From an uncultured delta proteobacterium (lineage in GTDB: Bacteria > Myxococcota_A > Polyangia > Polyangiales > Houyiibacteriaceae): a DNA stretch of 64,000 nucleotides. Below are positions 18,218 to 28,378 of this stretch, in pieces. Location: positions 576,001-640,000 of the forward strand of contig CAVOVB010000002.1 of assembly GCA_963699755.1 (NCBI GenBank), written 5' to 3'. A model generated the notes under the pieces. That model was not told the origin of the DNA. It saw nothing but the letters and a program-made list of their open reading frames with translations, and did not search any database. Numbering within the stretch: the stretch's first letter is position 1; the number at the start of each line of letters is the position of its first letter. The translations under genes were made by a program, and so were the position numbers.

Positions 18218-19918
18218 ATGGACGACTCCGCCAAGCAGAAGCCGCCCCCTTCTCGGGAAAGCCTGGAACCAAGGGTGTCGTCGGTGAAGTCGATCATCTC
18301 GCCGCGGCATGGCCGGCTCCGCGCGGCGGAAGGCGCCACGCTGCCACGCATTCTCGAGTCGCTGAACCAGGCTCAGCACGAAACCGCAGGGCCAACGACC
18401 GACGAAAGGATCCTCCGTGCATACCTACACGCCCTCGAGCGCCTCTATCCGAGGGTTCGCTTTGCGATGAGGTTGTCCAATCCGATCCTCGATCGGAGCT
18501 CCGTCGTTCAAGCCACGACTCATCACGTTCGACCCGAGGCGATCGACGAGGTCTCGATCACGGAAGCGGGGCTTCTACGCGCGGGTTTCCCCGAATCAGC
18601 GGAGCCCCCAGCAGCAATGCGCTTGCGGCGAACCTATCAGCCGATCTTGATCGCCGATCCCGCCGAAGAGATGCTTCCGGCCGATGGCCTAGACGTGCCG
18701 CTGGCGCGCGCCGGCGAGATCTTCGGTGTCTTGGCCGCAGAGTTCGAGCGAGGCTCCGAGCTTCCCCCAGGTCTCGAGGAGGCGCTTCTGATGACCGCGA
18801 CCCAAGCCAGCGCCGCAATCGAAAGCGGCCGCCTGCGCCGGGAGTCACTTCACCTTCGGGATTACCTCGAAAAGCTACTCGAGCACGCGAAGATCCCGGT
18901 CTTGGTGATCGGCCGTGACCGCAACATTCGCGTGGTCAGCAGTGCGTTCGGCCGAATTACGGGGCTCGATCGAAGCGAGCTGATCTCCAGGGATCTCCTA
19001 CAACTCGCTGGCCAGAACGAGCGCGTGCGGGTCTTGTCCGCCTTCGTGAGCGCGCTCCGCGGCCAGGACGTGCCGCCGTTCGAGCTCAGGTTGGTCAAGG
19101 CCGGAGGCGGAACCGCACGACTTCAGTTCACGCTGGCGCCCATTCTCGATTCGGAAGGCAAGGTCGCTGGTGTCATCGCAATTGGACAGGACCGGACCGA
19201 GGTCCGCGAGCTCGAGGGTCAGGTCATCCACGCGGAGAAGCTCGCAACGCTCGGGCAGCTCGCCGCGGGCATCGTCCACGAGATCAACAACCCGCTGACG
19301 AGCATTTCCGTCTACGGCGAGTATCTGATGAGCAAGTTGTCGCGCAGTGGCGCTGAGCAGTCGGACATCAAGCGGATGGAGCGGATCCTGCGCAGCTCCG
19401 ATCGCATCATGTCATTCACCCGTAATCTTCTGACCTATGCGCGCCCTTCGAAAGAGGAGGCACAACCCGTCTCGCTCAACGAGGTGCTCGAAGAAGCGGT
19501 CGGCTTCTGTGAGCACAGCATCAGCGAAGCGAACGTGGCGATAGTCCGCGACTATGGAGAGAACCTTCCCAAGGTGAAGGCCGTTCGTGGGCAGCTTCAT
19601 CAGGTTTTCGTCAATCTCATCACCAACGCCTGCAACGCGGCACCCGAGGGAGGCGGTCGAGTGCGCCTGACCACCCGGGTCCACGGTCACGACCAGGTTC
19701 AGATCGAGGTCGAGGACGATGGCGTCGGAATTCGAGCAACCGAGCTGGGCCGGGTTTTCGAGCCGTTCTTTTCGACCCGCCGAAAGGGCCAAGGAACGGG
19801 GCTGGGCCTCTCGATTGTGAAGAACATCGTCGAAGAGCATCGGGGAAGCATCGAGATTCAGAGCGAGGTCGACCGGCGCACCGTCGTTCTGATCACGCTG
19901 CCCTCGCTCATCGCTTAA
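18218..19918 (+). CDS. GAF-like/PAS sensor histidine kinase
   Basis: VHEINNPL, QVFVNLITNA, EDDGVGI, FEPFFST, GTGLGL. Confidence 0.92.
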   Translation: MDDSAKQKPPPSRESLEPRVSSVKSIISPRHGRLRAAEGATLPRILESLNQAQHETAGPTTDERILRAYLHALERLYPRVRFAMRLSNPILDRSSVVQATTHHVRPEAIDEVSITEAGLLRAGFPESAEPPAAMRLRRTYQPILIADPAEEMLPADGLDVPLARAGEIFGVLAAEFERGSELPPGLEEALLMTATQASAAIESGRLRRESLHLRDYLEKLLEHAKIPVLVIGRDRNIRVVSSAFGRITGLDRSELISRDLLQLAGQNERVRVLSAFVSALRGQDVPPFELRLVKAGGGTARLQFTLAPILDSEGKVAGVIAIGQDRTEVRELEGQVIHAEKLATLGQLAAGIVHEINNPLTSISVYGEYLMSKLSRSGAEQSDIKRMERILRSSDRIMSFTRNLLTYARPSKEEAQPVSLNEVLEEAVGFCEHSISEANVAIVRDYGENLPKVKAVRGQLHQVFVNLITNACNAAPEGGGRVRLTTRVHGHDQVQIEVEDDGVGIRATELGRVFEPFFSTRRKGQGTGLGLSIVKNIVEEHRGSIEIQSEVDRRTVVLITLPSLIA

Positions 19919-20024
19919 ACGCCCGTGATCACCAGGGGTTCGAATGTCAGAGCGAGGCTCTAGGTTTAGCGATGGAATCAACCCCGTTTCTGAGAGGTTA
20001 GGGGTGGCACAGGGAGGAGAATTC

Positions 20025-21422
20025 ATGTTCGGAATCAAGCTGCGGCGACCTTGGCTCATGGCACTCGGCGCGACGATCGCCATCCCGATGCTCGGCACGG
20101 CATCGGCATCACCGAAGAAGGGCACGATCGACGAAGACGCGATGTCCAGGGCGGTCGCATTTGAAACCGCGTTGACCAGCGTTGCCGAGTCGGTGTCACC
20201 TCTGGTCGTCAGCATTCAAGTCGAAATGAGCAGGCCGCAGAACAGCGGTTTTCCACCCTTCTTCGGAGGCCAGGGTCCCGGGGGCATCATCCGAGGAGGC
20301 GGTTCGGGTGTCATTTTGCGATCCGACGGATACATCCTGACGAACAATCACGTCGTCCATGAGGCGAGCCGCATCGACGTTCGCTTGAAGAACGGCAAGC
20401 GCTATCCGGCGAAGCTCGTCGGCTCGGACTCAGCTACCGACCTGGCCATGCTGAAGATCGACGCGCGCGGCCTACCCGAGGCGGAGTTTGCGTCCTCCGA
20501 GAACGCGCGCGTAGGCCAATTCGTGATCGCGATCGGCTCACCCTTCGGCCTCGACTACACCGTCACGACCGGTGTCCTCAGCGCAAAGGGTCGGGGGCGC
20601 ATCGGCGCCAATGAAATCGAGGACTACCTTCAGACCGACGCCAGCATCAACCCTGGAAATTCTGGTGGTCCGCTCGTCGACCTTCACGGCCGCGTGCTCG
20701 GGATCAACACGATGATCATCGGCCGCGGCTCCGGGATCGGATTTGCGATTCCGTCGGAGATCGCGCAGCGAGTCGCCAACCAGCTGATCGCGAGCGGCTC
20801 CGTCAAGCGGGCCTGGCTCGGCGTCTCCTTCCAGGAAATCACTCCCGAGCTGGCTGCGCATTTCGGCGGAAACCTCGATGGAGGCGCGTTGATCAATGCC
20901 GTTGTGCCGAGCGGACCGGCGCATCAAGCAGGTCTGCAATCTGGGGACGTGATCACCGAGATCGAAGGGCAGAAGATTCGAGAAGGGCATGACCTCCTGC
21001 GGACGGTATTGCGCCACGACGTCGGGGAGCGCCTCGTTGTCGCGGTGCGCCGTGGCGAAGAGACGAAGAAAGTCGTCTTGGTGACCGGCGAGAGACCAAG
21101 CGAGCGGAGCGCTCAATCGCAAGTGCAGGGCGTCGAAGACAATGCGATGCTCGGGCTCGCGCTCGAAGAGCTGACGCCGCAGCTTCGGCAACGATTCCGT
21201 TACGAAGGGGAAGGTCGAGTGTTCGTGCGCGCGGTCGAACCGGGCTCAGACGCGGACCGCGCGGACCTTCGCCCCGGCGACATCATCCTTCAAGCCGACC
21301 GAAAAGCGGTGAGCAGAATCGCCGAGGTTCGCGCGGCCCTGCGAGACGGCGAGGCCCTACTCTACGTCGAGCGCGACTCGCAGCGCTTCTTTCAACCGCT
21401 CGGCCGGTCCAAGGGGCGCTAG
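20025..21422 (+). CDS. HtrA/DegP-family serine protease with two PDZ domains
   Basis: TNNHV, TDLA, QTDASINPGNSGGPL and two PDZ domains. GGAGGAG SD before ATG 20025; N-terminal signal peptide. Confidence 0.93.
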   Translation: MFGIKLRRPWLMALGATIAIPMLGTASASPKKGTIDEDAMSRAVAFETALTSVAESVSPLVVSIQVEMSRPQNSGFPPFFGGQGPGGIIRGGGSGVILRSDGYILTNNHVVHEASRIDVRLKNGKRYPAKLVGSDSATDLAMLKIDARGLPEAEFASSENARVGQFVIAIGSPFGLDYTVTTGVLSAKGRGRIGANEIEDYLQTDASINPGNSGGPLVDLHGRVLGINTMIIGRGSGIGFAIPSEIAQRVANQLIASGSVKRAWLGVSFQEITPELAAHFGGNLDGGALINAVVPSGPAHQAGLQSGDVITEIEGQKIREGHDLLRTVLRHDVGERLVVAVRRGEETKKVVLVTGERPSERSAQSQVQGVEDNAMLGLALEELTPQLRQRFRYEGEGRVFVRAVEPGSDADRADLRPGDIILQADRKAVSRIAEVRAALRDGEALLYVERDSQRFFQPLGRSKGR

Positions 21423-22951
21423 CGCGCGACGGTAATCTCGATCGCGGGGCCCCGCGCTTCGACGCGGTACGCCGGGTGCCGCCCCGCCACGAAACGGAGT
21501 GTCAGCTCGGAGAAGTCTCCCCGGTTGAGGATACTGGCGTGCTCCACGTCCGGATGTGCTGAGGCGATCGGACCAGCCCGAGAAAGGGAGAGGCTTCCCG
21601 GAATCGTCACGGAGAATCCGTCCGCTTCGACGATCCCCTCTAGCTCGGTCACGGGGTTGTTCATTCGAAGAACGTACTTCTCACCACCAGGAACCGAGTC
21701 GGCTCCAAAGGCGGTCCCGTGAACGGTCTCCGGCGGCAAGGGAGCACCCTGCGGCTGGTAGGTCACGTTCTCAGCCTCGATCGCGGTCGCGGCCTCTGTC
21801 GCATTCCCGGTCTCGGTCCCAGGCCCGGTCTCGGTCCCAAGCCCGGTCTCTTTCGCCGACGCAGCGCTGCCCGCTGCCGCCCAAAGGTAGATCCCCCAGC
21901 CCGCCGCGACAATCCCGCAGACCATCGCTGCGAGGATCAAATATCGGCGTCCGTTTCGGCGGGTGTTCTTGAGATGTGCACGGGCGGCCTCGCTTCTCGG
22001 CACCTGCTTGCGTCGAGGCTTGTCGTCGAGCTGCGAGCGTAGCGCGCCGATGAATCGAGCGACCAGCGCGAAGAGCTCCTTCACGTTGCTCGTGACGCGA
22101 GGCACCAGCCCATCGGTGAGCGCAGAACGGGCGCTGTCGATGCTGTGGGAAGCTCGATCGGTCGCCGACTTCGCATAGGCGCGCAATCGATCGCCAACCG
22201 ATGCCTTTGCAGCGTCCCCCACCTCGGAGTCGTAGCGAACGATGCGCGGCGTATCGTACATTCGAGCCTCGCGGTCGCCGTGGTCTGCCTGAACCGTGGC
22301 AGGCGCCTCGTCGGGGAGCGTATCCCGGTCCTGGTCGTCACCTGAGAAGCCTTCCAAGGCATCTGCGACTTCGTAACCGATGCTCAGGACCAGCTTCGGC
22401 GTAGTTCCGTCCATCTTGAGCTCGACAGCCTCGAGGTGGCCGCGCCGGCCGGCGCTCTCGTTCAGCACCGCCGCCCCGATCGCGAGAAACGGCAAGTGTT
22501 GCTCCACGAACAGCGCCTCGTCCGTCTCCGATTGAACCTCGGCCATGATTGGAGTGCCGACCCCCTCCAGCTGTAGATGAACGATCGGCGCCTTTGCGCT
22601 TGTACGCCCCCAACGCTGAATCAGCGCCTCGATGCGCGTCCGGTCCTGGTCGGAGAGATGGGTGAACCGGATGCCGAACTCGCCGACGTGGGGCCCGCTC
22701 TCGTGTGCCCAGACGACCCGGCCGATCATCTCGATGGCCTCTCCGCCCGCAGGGTTGTCCAGCTGGCAACGAAGCGTCGATCCCACATCGGGCAAGACCG
22801 ACGCCCGGATCGAAAGCCCACCAGCTCCTACATTGATCCCGTCAGCTTCGAACTCCTGATGGAAGCCTTCGGGGTGGAGCTTGATCAGAACCTCGTCGAG
22901 CGGCACGCGCGGCTGCCGAGGTGCTTGATAATAACCCGCGGATGTATTCAT
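21419..22951 (-). CDS. PilZ-domain bitopic membrane protein with a periplasmic C-terminal domain
   Basis: RQPRVP (RxxxR-like), NVGAGGL, GRVVW...GIRF, then one TM helix (YLILAAM...GIYLW) and a beta-rich C-terminus. Confidence 0.75.
   Translation of the reverse strand: MNTSAGYYQAPRQPRVPLDEVLIKLHPEGFHQEFEADGINVGAGGLSIRASVLPDVGSTLRCQLDNPAGGEAIEMIGRVVWAHESGPHVGEFGIRFTHLSDQDRTRIEALIQRWGRTSAKAPIVHLQLEGVGTPIMAEVQSETDEALFVEQHLPFLAIGAAVLNESAGRRGHLEAVELKMDGTTPKLVLSIGYEVADALEGFSGDDQDRDTLPDEAPATVQADHGDREARMYDTPRIVRYDSEVGDAAKASVGDRLRAYAKSATDRASHSIDSARSALTDGLVPRVTSNVKELFALVARFIGALRSQLDDKPRRKQVPRSEAARAHLKNTRRNGRRYLILAAMVCGIVAAGWGIYLWAAAGSAASAKETGLGTETGPGTETGNATEAATAIEAENVTYQPQGAPLPPETVHGTAFGADSVPGGEKYVLRMNNPVTELEGIVEADGFSVTIPGSLSLSRAGPIASAHPDVEHASILNRGDFSELTLRFVAGRHPAYRVEARGPAIEITVAR
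21806..21850. repeat. 18-bp tandem repeat (2.5 copies) within the CDS
   Basis: CCCGGTCTCGGTCCCA(G/A)G x2.5, encoding an ETG(L/P)GT linker. Confidence 0.85.
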
Positions 22952-23082
22952 CGAATGCTCTCCTGCGCGACCCGTGAGTCGCCCCCGTCACGACTGGTCC
23001 CAAAACTCGGCGAATGCGTCCACTTTTCTGCAACCCGCTTCCTTGACCAGTTCGTGACCGGACCGCAGTCTTGGCGGCCACC

Positions 23083-23739
23083 ATGGGCGTGCGAATCACT
23101 GTGCAGTCACTTTGGACGGAGCTCGAGTCTTCGACTTTCGTGTACGAGTTTGCGCAGTCTCGCATCGTGATCGGGCGCTCCCGGAGTGCAGACGTTCAGC
23201 TCCCTCATGCGGCGGTCAGCGCAACGCACGCAAGCATCCACGAGCAAGATGCTGGCTACGTTCTCGTGGACGAAGGCTCGACCAACGGCACGCGCGTCAA
23301 CGATGTCCGCGTGGTTCCAGGGCGCCCCAAACTGCTGCGGAACAATGATCTGTTGGACCTGGGCGGCTATCGCCTCAGCATCGACGTCGGTGTGCCGGTC
23401 TCACAGACGATGTCGGCCCGACTCACTTCCGACTTTGCTCGGCGGATCCTGGCCGAGCAGCTCGAAGGAAAGGACGCAGAGGGCGTCGATGCGGAGCTAG
23501 ACGCCATCCAGAAAGGTCCCGACAGGCGCGTGGAGCTGCTGCCCATTCCGAAGGAAACCCGAAGTGAGCCGCCTCGCGAAAGGGAATCGAGACCCTCGAG
23601 GCCGCGGCAGTCGAGGCCGAATAGCCACCCACCGACCGAGCCCGCTCGGCTCCGGCGAAGCGAAATGGCGGTCTATGCGCTTGCTGGGCTCGTCATCACC
23701 GCGAGCATCATCGCGATGGCCCTCCTGATGCGGTCCTAA
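23083..23739 (+). CDS. FHA-domain protein with a C-terminal TM helix
   Basis: IGRS...VSATHA...[11 protein letters not shown] motifs. Confidence 0.88.
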   Translation: MGVRITVQSLWTELESSTFVYEFAQSRIVIGRSRSADVQLPHAAVSATHASIHEQDAGYVLVDEGSTNGTRVNDVRVVPGRPKLLRNNDLLDLGGYRLSIDVGVPVSQTMSARLTSDFARRILAEQLEGKDAEGVDAELDAIQKGPDRRVELLPIPKETRSEPPRERESRPSRPRQSRPNSHPPTEPARLRRSEMAVYALAGLVITASIIAMALLMRS

Positions 23740-24500
23740 GTGTTGCGGAGATAGACTAGACGAAGGCCCTCGAGGGTGAGGAACTCGTCGATGTCTTCGA
23801 TCGTTTCGCTCTCCGGCTCGATCAAAGCGGCGAGGCCACCAGTCGCGATCACCGTCACCTCGGGGCCCATCTCGGAAGCCAAGCGCCGCACCAGGCCGTC
23901 TACCAATCCGACGTAGCCGAATACGATACCGGACTGCATGGAGTGCACAGTATTGCGCCCTATCGCTCGCGGAGGCCGTGCTATCTCGCTGCGAGGCAGC
24001 TTTGCGGCGCGAGAGAACAAGGCGCTCGCACTGATCTGGATCCCAGGGGCGATCGCGCCTCCAAGATACTCGCCCTTTTCCGAGATGCAGTCGAAGGTGG
24101 TCGCAGTGCCGAAGTCGACGACGATGGCCGCACCCTTGATACGCTCGTACGCTGCTACTGCGTTCACGATACGGTCGGCGCCGACTTCTCGGGGATTCTC
24201 GTAGAGCACGGGCATCCCCGTCTTGATCCCTGGACCGACTACCATGACCTCGTGATCGAAGGCTCGGTCGATGGCTTCGATGACGGTATCGTTGAACGAA
24301 GGCACTACCGAAGCGAGGATGCTCGCACGCACCTCGCTGCGCTCGATTCCTACGAGTGCCAGCAAGTTCAGAAGAAGGACATGGTACTCGTCGCTCGTCC
24401 GGCCCTTCGACGTCTCGATTCGGAAGTCGTGCACCAGGCGCTCCCCGTCGTAGAGGCCGAGCACCGTGTGGGTATTGCCGACGTCGACGACGAGTAGCAT
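23736..24500 (-). CDS. coaX: Type III pantothenate kinase
   Basis: [31 protein letters not shown]. Confidence 0.95.
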   Translation of the reverse strand: MLLVVDVGNTHTVLGLYDGERLVHDFRIETSKGRTSDEYHVLLLNLLALVGIERSEVRASILASVVPSFNDTVIEAIDRAFDHEVMVVGPGIKTGMPVLYENPREVGADRIVNAVAAYERIKGAAIVVDFGTATTFDCISEKGEYLGGAIAPGIQISASALFSRAAKLPRSEIARPPRAIGRNTVHSMQSGIVFGYVGLVDGLVRRLASEMGPEVTVIATGGLAALIEPESETIEDIDEFLTLEGLRLVYLRNT

Positions 24501-25019
24501 CTAGCGAGGTCGCAAGGACAAGGTCAGCTCGAGGAGCTCCCCGAAAGTCTTCGGACGCGGGAACTCCGGCTGATCGGTTGCATAGACGATGGGCTGGCCG
24601 GTGGGTGCAACGCTCTGGGGCCGAATTGACTCGGGCCGACGTGAGCGCGGCGGCACGACAGGAGGTCCCGATGCAGGCCGTCCCGAGCGCGCGCGGGGCT
24701 CGACCGAAAGCGGACGCTCGACCCGCGGTGGCTGAGAGGAGTAGCGCGTCGGACTATCGCGCGTAGGTGACGTCGGTGGATCGGAGAGCGGCGAGGAGGG
24801 CAGCTGCGTCGGAAAAGCGCTCGGGAAAGGAGTCGGCTCCGCCGCCTGGGACGGAGCGGATGGTCGCTCCGCCGGGATGGATGACGGTGCGGCAGCGACG
24901 GTACCCGATGCGGTCCGAAGCCTCTCGAGCGCTTCGGCAGCGTGGGTCTCACGCTCTTCGGGACGCTTGGCCCGTACCTTGTCGAGCAAGGATCGAAGCC
25001 TGTCTTCCCGATCTGTCAT
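24501..25019 (-). CDS. Hypothetical Pro/Ser-rich protein with short ordered termini
   Basis: Coupled to both neighbours (ATGA overlap upstream, TAG-ATG abutting coaX). C-terminus RPKTFGELLELTLSLRPR. Confidence 0.6.
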   Translation of the reverse strand: MTDREDRLRSLLDKVRAKRPEERETHAAEALERLRTASGTVAAAPSSIPAERPSAPSQAAEPTPFPSAFPTQLPSSPLSDPPTSPTRDSPTRYSSQPPRVERPLSVEPRARSGRPASGPPVVPPRSRRPESIRPQSVAPTGQPIVYATDQPEFPRPKTFGELLELTLSLRPR

Positions 25020-25564
25020 GATGCCCTCTTCGTTTCGAGCATGCCTACGATCGCCGGCAAGTCTGCTCCATCCTTGAACCAACCCCAGACCGTTTCGGCT
25101 ACCTCGAAATCGACCATGATGAACTTCGATTCACCCGTCGGAACGCAGGAGACCTGTCGCCGAGAAATCTCGGAGAACATGCCGCCGAGAAGCGCCGCTG
25201 CGCCAAGCTCGTCTTCGTCCAGATCCGGGGCGTCACGAAGCGCTACCACGAGCGCGGAGCCCCAGCGCTCGAAGGTCAGGCGCCCCCAGCCGAAGAGCGA
25301 GGTAACGGCCGATACGTGGCCGAGCACGGCCTCCGCGGACAGGACAGACGCGGGCCTGTCCAAGCTGCCGAGCACCTGCTGACCGAGCAGCTCCCCCAAG
25401 CGCCGGAGCGGAGTGAGGTCGCCATCGCGCGCTGCCGCCGCAACCAAGGATGAAAGCACATCCTCGCTGAGGACCACGACCCGCTCGCCATTGCGCGTGC
25501 GAACCGTGCCGCCAGTCAAATTGAACTCATAGAAGCCGCTAGGATCAAAACGGCCGTCGTGCAT
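25016..25564 (-). CDS. V4R-like small-ligand-binding domain protein
   Basis: GTVRTRNGERVVVL...LRRLGELLG...GWG...LLGGMFS pattern. GGAGG SD. Confidence 0.55.
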   Translation of the reverse strand: MHDGRFDPSGFYEFNLTGGTVRTRNGERVVVLSEDVLSSLVAAAARDGDLTPLRRLGELLGQQVLGSLDRPASVLSAEAVLGHVSAVTSLFGWGRLTFERWGSALVVALRDAPDLDEDELGAAALLGGMFSEISRRQVSCVPTGESKFIMVDFEVAETVWGWFKDGADLPAIVGMLETKRAS

Positions 25565-25612
25565 AGGCCCCCCTCCAGATGGGATGTAGAAGGTACAGGC
25601 GGATCGTGTCAA

Positions 25613-26953
25613 ATGTCCCGGGTGAAATCAAACCTCGTCTGCGCCGTCATTACGGTCGTCCTGCAGACGCAAACCGCGCAGGCGCAGGGCGATCTGCTGG
25701 ATGCAGACGGCATTGCCGAGGCGATCGTCTCGATGACCTCGCGGGTCTGGACGGGGCCCCGAACCCCCACCCCAGACCCCATCCCTAGACCTCTCGAGGC
25801 TTCGCAGGGCATTCGTTCGCCCTACGCCCTGCTCAGCGTGCATGCCGACCCGGAGGTCAGTCCGCGGTCGATGCGGCGTGCACTCGGCGCGCTCGAGCTC
25901 GCCAGAGGCCGGCTCGACGCCATGGGTTGGCCGTGGCCCATCTCAGATGGCGACCTCGGGGGTGGGCCAGAATTCGACCTCTACCTCAGCAGCGCGCTCG
26001 CCGCCAACGCCTACTCGGACGGCATGGCCATCTGGTCTTACTTCGACCGGGCTTCGACCTTCGCGGTCGTCAGCCCAGCAATGCCGGACTCGACGATCGA
26101 GGCCTGCGCGACCGCCGCCTACGTCGATGCGCTCCTGATGGGTATCGACCCCGCGGAGGCGAGAACTTGGCGGCGTGCCACGGCGACATGGTTGACCTGG
26201 GAGCTCACCGGCCAATTCGGCTGCGGTGAAGACCTGAGCCGTCAACAGGCGGAGCCCCATCGTTCCTGGGTGGCTGGCGCTGCAGGCGACGGCGCTGCAG
26301 GCGCGCTCTGGCTCGCTTATCTATCGGCCCGCCACGACTCGGTACCCGGCGGGTTCGTCCGTGATGTTTGGGGGCTTGCAAGTCAGCGCACCTGGGAAGG
26401 AGCGGGGCTCCGTGCAGATCCGGATCTTTGGTCGGCCATCGAATCCGCGGTCGATCGCAGCGGCGATCGTTTGCTCGACAACGTCGAAGAGCTGGCCGTC
26501 CTCAGGTGGTTCGTCGGGCGTGCCGATCGTGGCGACGCAGTCATCGCTTCCCTCGACAGCGATGCGATGGTGCCGATAACCCGAGAGATGAAGCGCCTGC
26601 CGACGCGAGTGGTCGCCTCGCAGCCACTGGCGACCTTCGGCAGCGCATACCTGGTGATGGACGCTGACACCTGGGGCGAAGACCGGCGGCTTCGCGCCTG
26701 GCTGCAAGGCGAATACGGAGTGCGCTGGTCATTCGTCGCTGTTCAGCTGGACGGCCACGGCCACGAGATTCGCCGGATCGCCGCACCAGCCACTGGTCCG
26801 ACACCCCGGGCGTACCTACCCATCGAGCTCGACGATGCCACGCGACGGCTCCTGTTCGTGGTCACCAACCTCGCGGACGGCCTACCAGACGCCGACGAAC
26901 CAGAGGTCAGCCAACGTGCATTCGAGCTGATCGTCGATCGCGCGGCTGACTAG
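25613..26953 (+). CDS. Secreted protein resembling a metalloprotease fold but lacking HExxH
   Basis: Signal peptide ending AQA. GWPWPISDGDLGGGPEFDLYL, then ATAAYVDALL...WRRATATW. Confidence 0.55.
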   Translation: MSRVKSNLVCAVITVVLQTQTAQAQGDLLDADGIAEAIVSMTSRVWTGPRTPTPDPIPRPLEASQGIRSPYALLSVHADPEVSPRSMRRALGALELARGRLDAMGWPWPISDGDLGGGPEFDLYLSSALAANAYSDGMAIWSYFDRASTFAVVSPAMPDSTIEACATAAYVDALLMGIDPAEARTWRRATATWLTWELTGQFGCGEDLSRQQAEPHRSWVAGAAGDGAAGALWLAYLSARHDSVPGGFVRDVWGLASQRTWEGAGLRADPDLWSAIESAVDRSGDRLLDNVEELAVLRWFVGRADRGDAVIASLDSDAMVPITREMKRLPTRVVASQPLATFGSAYLVMDADTWGEDRRLRAWLQGEYGVRWSFVAVQLDGHGHEIRRIAAPATGPTPRAYLPIELDDATRRLLFVVTNLADGLPDADEPEVSQRAFELIVDRAAD

Positions 26954-28299
26954 CGGGGCCGGCGGCGGCGGCGGCGGCGAACACGCGGCTCCGCCTCGTA
27001 TACAGCGTCGCTGGGCTCGTGCGCCCATGCGGGAACTTCTTCACCACGGGCCGTGCGGTCGAGCGCAAATAGAGTCGCTGCGTCGGCGAAGTACTCGCGG
27101 CGCGAGATCGACTGTATGCGACCCGTTCGAAGACGCCTTTGCGCCATGATCAGTAGGCGGATGCGGTCCTTGAGACGTCGCGGCAAAGAAAGCCGAAGCG
27201 AGAGCTCCCGAACGAACTCCTCGTAGGCGACCGGTACGTCCGACACGCCTTCGAGCGCTTCGTCGACGGGCCCCAGCAGCAGTGCCGCGAGCAAAACGGC
27301 GTCGCCCGGAAGCCGGTCTTCGGCAGCTAGCGCGTCGACAGCCTTCAATCGTCCGAAAGTCAGCGACGCACCTTCGAGATCATCGTCCAAGAACGACGCG
27401 AGCTCGGGAAACGTCTCGCTCAGCACGCCCACGTCCCAGGAGAGGAACACCGAGCGATGCGCGGCGCCGCCACGCAGGAAACGAAGGATCTCCTCGAGCA
27501 CTCGAGGCGCAGCGGCGCGACGGAGGTCTCCTCGGTGGCGAACCATCGCGTCGTAGACTTCTGGATCGAGCCCCATGTCGAGGCGAGCACTGAACTTGAT
27601 CGCGCGAAGGATGCGCACGGGGTCTTCCCGGAATCGAACGTTCGGGTCACCGATGGTCCGGAGCAAGTGCTCTTCGAGGTCGGCCACGCCACCCACGAAG
27701 TCGATCACCTCGCCCCGTTCTAGGTCGTAGAAAAGCCCGTTGATCGTGAAATCGCGCCGGATGGAATCCTCATGTGGCTGGCCAAAGATGTTGTCGTTGG
27801 TGATTAGCAGGTCGGCGTCATCGCAGTCCGTGTCCGACTGCCGCGAGGGGATCAAGCGTACCGGCTCGGGGCCAGCACAAAGCGGAATCTTTTTCGCGAA
27901 CTTCGGTTTGATGACCTCGTAGTCCTGCGAAGGATCGCGTCGAAAGGTCGCAACTTCGATTACCTTCCCGCCGGAGAACAAGACGTGCGCCAGGCGGAAG
28001 CGCCTGCCGATGACGCGGCAGTTGCGGAAGAGGTCGCGCACCTCATAGGGGCGAGCGCTGGTAGCAAGGTCGAAGTCCTTGGGCTTTCGGCCGAGCATCA
28101 GGTCGCGCACACCTCCGCCGACGAGATAGGCGGTGTGACCATGTCGGTTGAGGCGGCGAATCACCTTCGCAGCATCTTGGTCAACGAGCCTGCGAGGTAT
28201 CGCATGGGCATAAACGATGGGCTCGGGTGGCTCCTCATCGAGGAGGCCTCGATCTTCGCCTTCTCGCCGACCGAAGTCAGAATCTATCACTCGGGTCAT
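26950..28299 (-). CDS. pcnB: Poly(A) polymerase I
   Basis: VGGGVRDL, KDFDLATSA, PAP-I signature VIGRRFRLAHV, EVATFR, RRDFTINGL, EDPVRILRA, Arg-rich C-terminal tail. Confidence 0.92.
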   Translation of the reverse strand: MTRVIDSDFGRREGEDRGLLDEEPPEPIVYAHAIPRRLVDQDAAKVIRRLNRHGHTAYLVGGGVRDLMLGRKPKDFDLATSARPYEVRDLFRNCRVIGRRFRLAHVLFSGGKVIEVATFRRDPSQDYEVIKPKFAKKIPLCAGPEPVRLIPSRQSDTDCDDADLLITNDNIFGQPHEDSIRRDFTINGLFYDLERGEVIDFVGGVADLEEHLLRTIGDPNVRFREDPVRILRAIKFSARLDMGLDPEVYDAMVRHRGDLRRAAAPRVLEEILRFLRGGAAHRSVFLSWDVGVLSETFPELASFLDDDLEGASLTFGRLKAVDALAAEDRLPGDAVLLAALLLGPVDEALEGVSDVPVAYEEFVRELSLRLSLPRRLKDRIRLLIMAQRRLRTGRIQSISRREYFADAATLFALDRTARGEEVPAWAHEPSDAVYEAEPRVRRRRRRRPR

Positions 28300-28378
28300 C
28301 GAAATCCAATGCCCATGAAGGGCAAGAGGCAGTTGATGCCTTGTAGCAAGAACCGGTCCTGACGGCAATCTAAGACCA

